Assembly: GCA_963722255.1 (NCBI GenBank)
Contig: CAVRJO010000002.1
Span: 512,001 to 576,000 of the forward strand
Length of the DNA: 64,000 nt
Origin: Candidatus Babeliales bacterium
Lineage (GTDB): Bacteria; Babelota; Babeliae; Babelales; JANWKD01
Direction of reading: 5' to 3'
A program made the translations under genes and the position numbers. Shown in pieces: positions 61,899 to 64,000 of the stretch; within the stretch, counting starts at the first letter, position 1; each line of letters starts with the position of its first letter. The notes below the pieces were generated by a model, which worked only from the letters and a program-made list of their open reading frames with translations, did not search any database and was not told where the DNA came from.

Positions 61899-62507
61899 AT
61901 GACAAAACAATTAATTGACAATAATTTATTAGATGAATCAAATAGCGAATTAATAAACTTATTTAAAGCAGACCCAACTCATCTTATTTCTCAAGCTAAG
62001 CAACTTTCTGAAGTATTAAATAATATTTCCAAAGCATTACAATTATTAGAAGATGGTTTAAGAGAAATAAATGCTAATTTCCCATTTAATATAAAAGTGG
62101 AAGAAGATCCTCAATCTTGTACTAAAAAACCAGAAGTTTACCATACTATGACTTCTCCTTATGATATTCTAGGGTACCGCACTCAAGTAGAATGGCGTAT
62201 TTCTTGGGAAGAGGATGACGATTCTAACGCGGGGAAATTTAGACTTTTCTTAATCGGCGTAGAAACAGAGACTATTTATTACAACCTACCTACTGATCCT
62301 GATGATGTTGGATCAGAATTATTTCAAAAAAAAATAGTTTTTAAAAAACCTTTAAGGCAAACCAAAATTCCTGTACGGCTCCAATTTTCAAAATATTTAA
62401 ATATCTTCATTAAATTGTTTGAAAATCATTTAGAAACAAATCGTAATAAAATTGAAAAAGGTGATTTTTCAATTTCATTAGTTGTTCCAATTAAATCAAA
62501 AAATTAA
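61899..62507 (+). CDS. hypothetical protein
   Basis: 202-aa ORF with AGAAGG upstream. Confidence 0.65.
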   Translation: MTKQLIDNNLLDESNSELINLFKADPTHLISQAKQLSEVLNNISKALQLLEDGLREINANFPFNIKVEEDPQSCTKKPEVYHTMTSPYDILGYRTQVEWRISWEEDDDSNAGKFRLFLIGVETETIYYNLPTDPDDVGSELFQKKIVFKKPLRQTKIPVRLQFSKYLNIFIKLFENHLETNRNKIEKGDFSISLVVPIKSKN

Positions 62508-62595
62508 AATAAATAAAGGTTATTAGAAGATAATAATCTTTGTTTAGGCCGATTATTAATCGTTTTTTAGCCATAACTTACTATGGAACACTTCA

Positions 62596-63306
62596 ATGTA
62601 TAAGCAAAATGTCTTACGAAAATTAAGCTGGAAGCAAATAAACTTATTTCTTCAATGCTCTTGCTGTTTTTATAAAGATCAAATATTAAAGTTAAAACGT
62701 CCTGGAATAGACCCTGATTCTTTTTCATTAAATAATGCAATCGATGCTTTATGGAAAAATGAAATTGATCAATATCGTTATCAAAAAAAACCACATCCAT
62801 TAATGATCGAAAATAATATTAATGCGATTCCTTTTTCTGGAAATCTTTTATATATGTGGCGAGACTATCAAGCAGGAGGGATTAGGGCACTAGATTCAAA
62901 TACTTCTTTAGAGATATTCGGAATTATAGATGATATTTGGATTACTCCTAATCAAGAATTAATTATTGTTGATTATAAAGTTACTACTAAACATAAGTCC
63001 TTGGTTTTACCTGAAATCAAAAGTAAATGGATTGAAATTAATAAAAAACAAATAGGTTTTTACGCAAATCTACTTAAAAAGAATGGTTATAAAGTCCACC
63101 CCGTAGGATATTATGTTTTTAATTCAGTTTTACATGATCAACTTTTTTTTAATCAAAGGCTAAATTTCGAAACGATAATCCAACCATATAAAATTGATGA
63201 TTCCTGGATTCAACAATCCTTATTAGATATAAAAAGGTGTTTAGATCAAAATGTAGTCCCTGAAGAATCGGTAGATTGTGAATATTGTAAATATGTAACA
63301 AATTAA
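62596..63306 (+). CDS. Cas4-like PD-(D/E)XK nuclease
   Basis: LSW...CSCCFY, GIIDD, IVDYK, Q...Y, C-terminal CEYC. Confidence 0.85.
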   Translation: MYKQNVLRKLSWKQINLFLQCSCCFYKDQILKLKRPGIDPDSFSLNNAIDALWKNEIDQYRYQKKPHPLMIENNINAIPFSGNLLYMWRDYQAGGIRALDSNTSLEIFGIIDDIWITPNQELIIVDYKVTTKHKSLVLPEIKSKWIEINKKQIGFYANLLKKNGYKVHPVGYYVFNSVLHDQLFFNQRLNFETIIQPYKIDDSWIQQSLLDIKRCLDQNVVPEESVDCEYCKYVTN

Positions 63307-63318
63307 CTTAGGAAAATT

Positions 63319-64000
63319 ATGAATGGATTTAAATTTGACAAATGGACTGTAATTGAAAAAATTAAACGTGAGGGATTTAGGCAAACTTATTACACTTGTC
63401 AATGCGAATGCGGTGTTCTGAAACCTATAAAAGCACACAGCTTGAAAAATGGGTTGTCTAAATCTTGTACATCTTGTTCCCGTCGTGGCTTAACAAAGCC
63501 ATTACTTATTAATGGGGCTAAATATGGGAAATGGATCATTATTAAATACTTTGGTCAAGATGAAAAGTACCATACTCAGCTGTATTTGGTACGTTGCGAA
63601 TGTGGTCTTGAAAAATATTTAGGACGAGCTTCTCTTGTTTCAGGAAAATCAAAGCAATGTCAATCATGTGCTGGTAAATCTACATTTTCTAAAACAGGAC
63701 CTCAAAATAAAAAGCATTTGTTAAGTAATACACGCACTTATCAGCGATGGGCTGGCATGCATGAACGAGTACGAGGTTATACTGAACGCGATAGACGCGT
63801 TTATAAAGACCGAGGTATAACTGTTTGCGAAAGATGGAAGAATTTTAAAAACTTCTTAGCTGATATGGGGGAATGTCCTGATAATATGCAACTTGACCGC
63901 ATAGATAATGATAGAAGTTATGAACCTGAAAACTGTCGTTGGGCGAGTCGATCAGAAAATTTAAATAATAGACGAATCAGTATTGCAAATAAAGATAAAT
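63319..64000 (+). CDS. 3'-truncated HNH/homing-endonuclease-like protein with two CxCG...CxxC modules; missing from ORF track
   Basis: Open to window end: CQCECG...SKSCTSC; RCECG...CQSC; YKDRGITVCERW.NF.NFLADMG...LDRIDNDRSYEPENCRWA...NNRR. Confidence 0.85.
   Translation, partial: MNGFKFDKWTVIEKIKREGFRQTYYTCQCECGVLKPIKAHSLKNGLSKSCTSCSRRGLTKPLLINGAKYGKWIIIKYFGQDEKYHTQLYLVRCECGLEKYLGRASLVSGKSKQCQSCAGKSTFSKTGPQNKKHLLSNTRTYQRWAGMHERVRGYTERDRRVYKDRGITVCERWKNFKNFLADMGECPDNMQLDRIDNDRSYEPENCRWASRSENLNNRRISIANKDK

Larger units (their letters stand above)
56155..64000. mobile_element. putative integrative element at tRNA-Glu; right end not identified in window
   Basis: Recombinase abutting tRNA; Rep-like, Cas4-like and HNH genes plus accessory cargo; no second tRNA 3' copy found in the window. 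Confidence 0.6.

Noticed and set aside
62596..63306. CRISPR-Cas locus suggested by the Cas4-like gene
   Set aside because: No repeat-spacer array or other cas genes in the window; solo Cas4-like nucleases are common in mobile elements.

Overview
AT-rich bacterial chromosome segment. Its many signal-peptide-bearing orphan, ankyrin, F-box, WD40 and AAA proteins suggest a protist-associated intracellular bacterium such as Ca. Dependentiae/Babeliae (inference, not tested). Left to right: (1) a Zn-ribbon/SF2-helicase/Rrp8-like methyltransferase fusion, then an AAA-ATPase/putative toxin/putative immunity operon; (2) a cluster of secreted proteins: GH3 hexosaminidase, vanadium haloperoxidase, three small paralogues that all end in a CaaX prenylation box, and a sphingomyelinase-like gene with an in-frame TAG; (3) housekeeping, repair and sugar-nucleotide genes (tag, ogt, NUDIX, D-2-hydroxyacid dehydrogenase, fcl, gmd, dps, Fic, manC, polyprenol-P-mannose synthase); (4) three complete IS elements with TIRs and target duplications, plus one IS remnant; (5) a 13.5-kb tandem array of six paralogues in which a variable WD40-like propeller is inserted into a conserved beta-helix; (6) rluD-like gene and mgtE, whose 3' end is repeated downstream of an F-box gene with only synonymous differences; (7) tRNA-Lys and tRNA-Glu, followed by an integrative element (broken serine recombinase, gpII/Rep-like protein, Cas4-like nuclease, HNH protein) that probably runs past the window edge. 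Several single-base frameshifts may be sequencing errors. No CRISPR array, rRNA or reverse transcriptase was seen. All family calls come from motif recognition by eye, not database searches.
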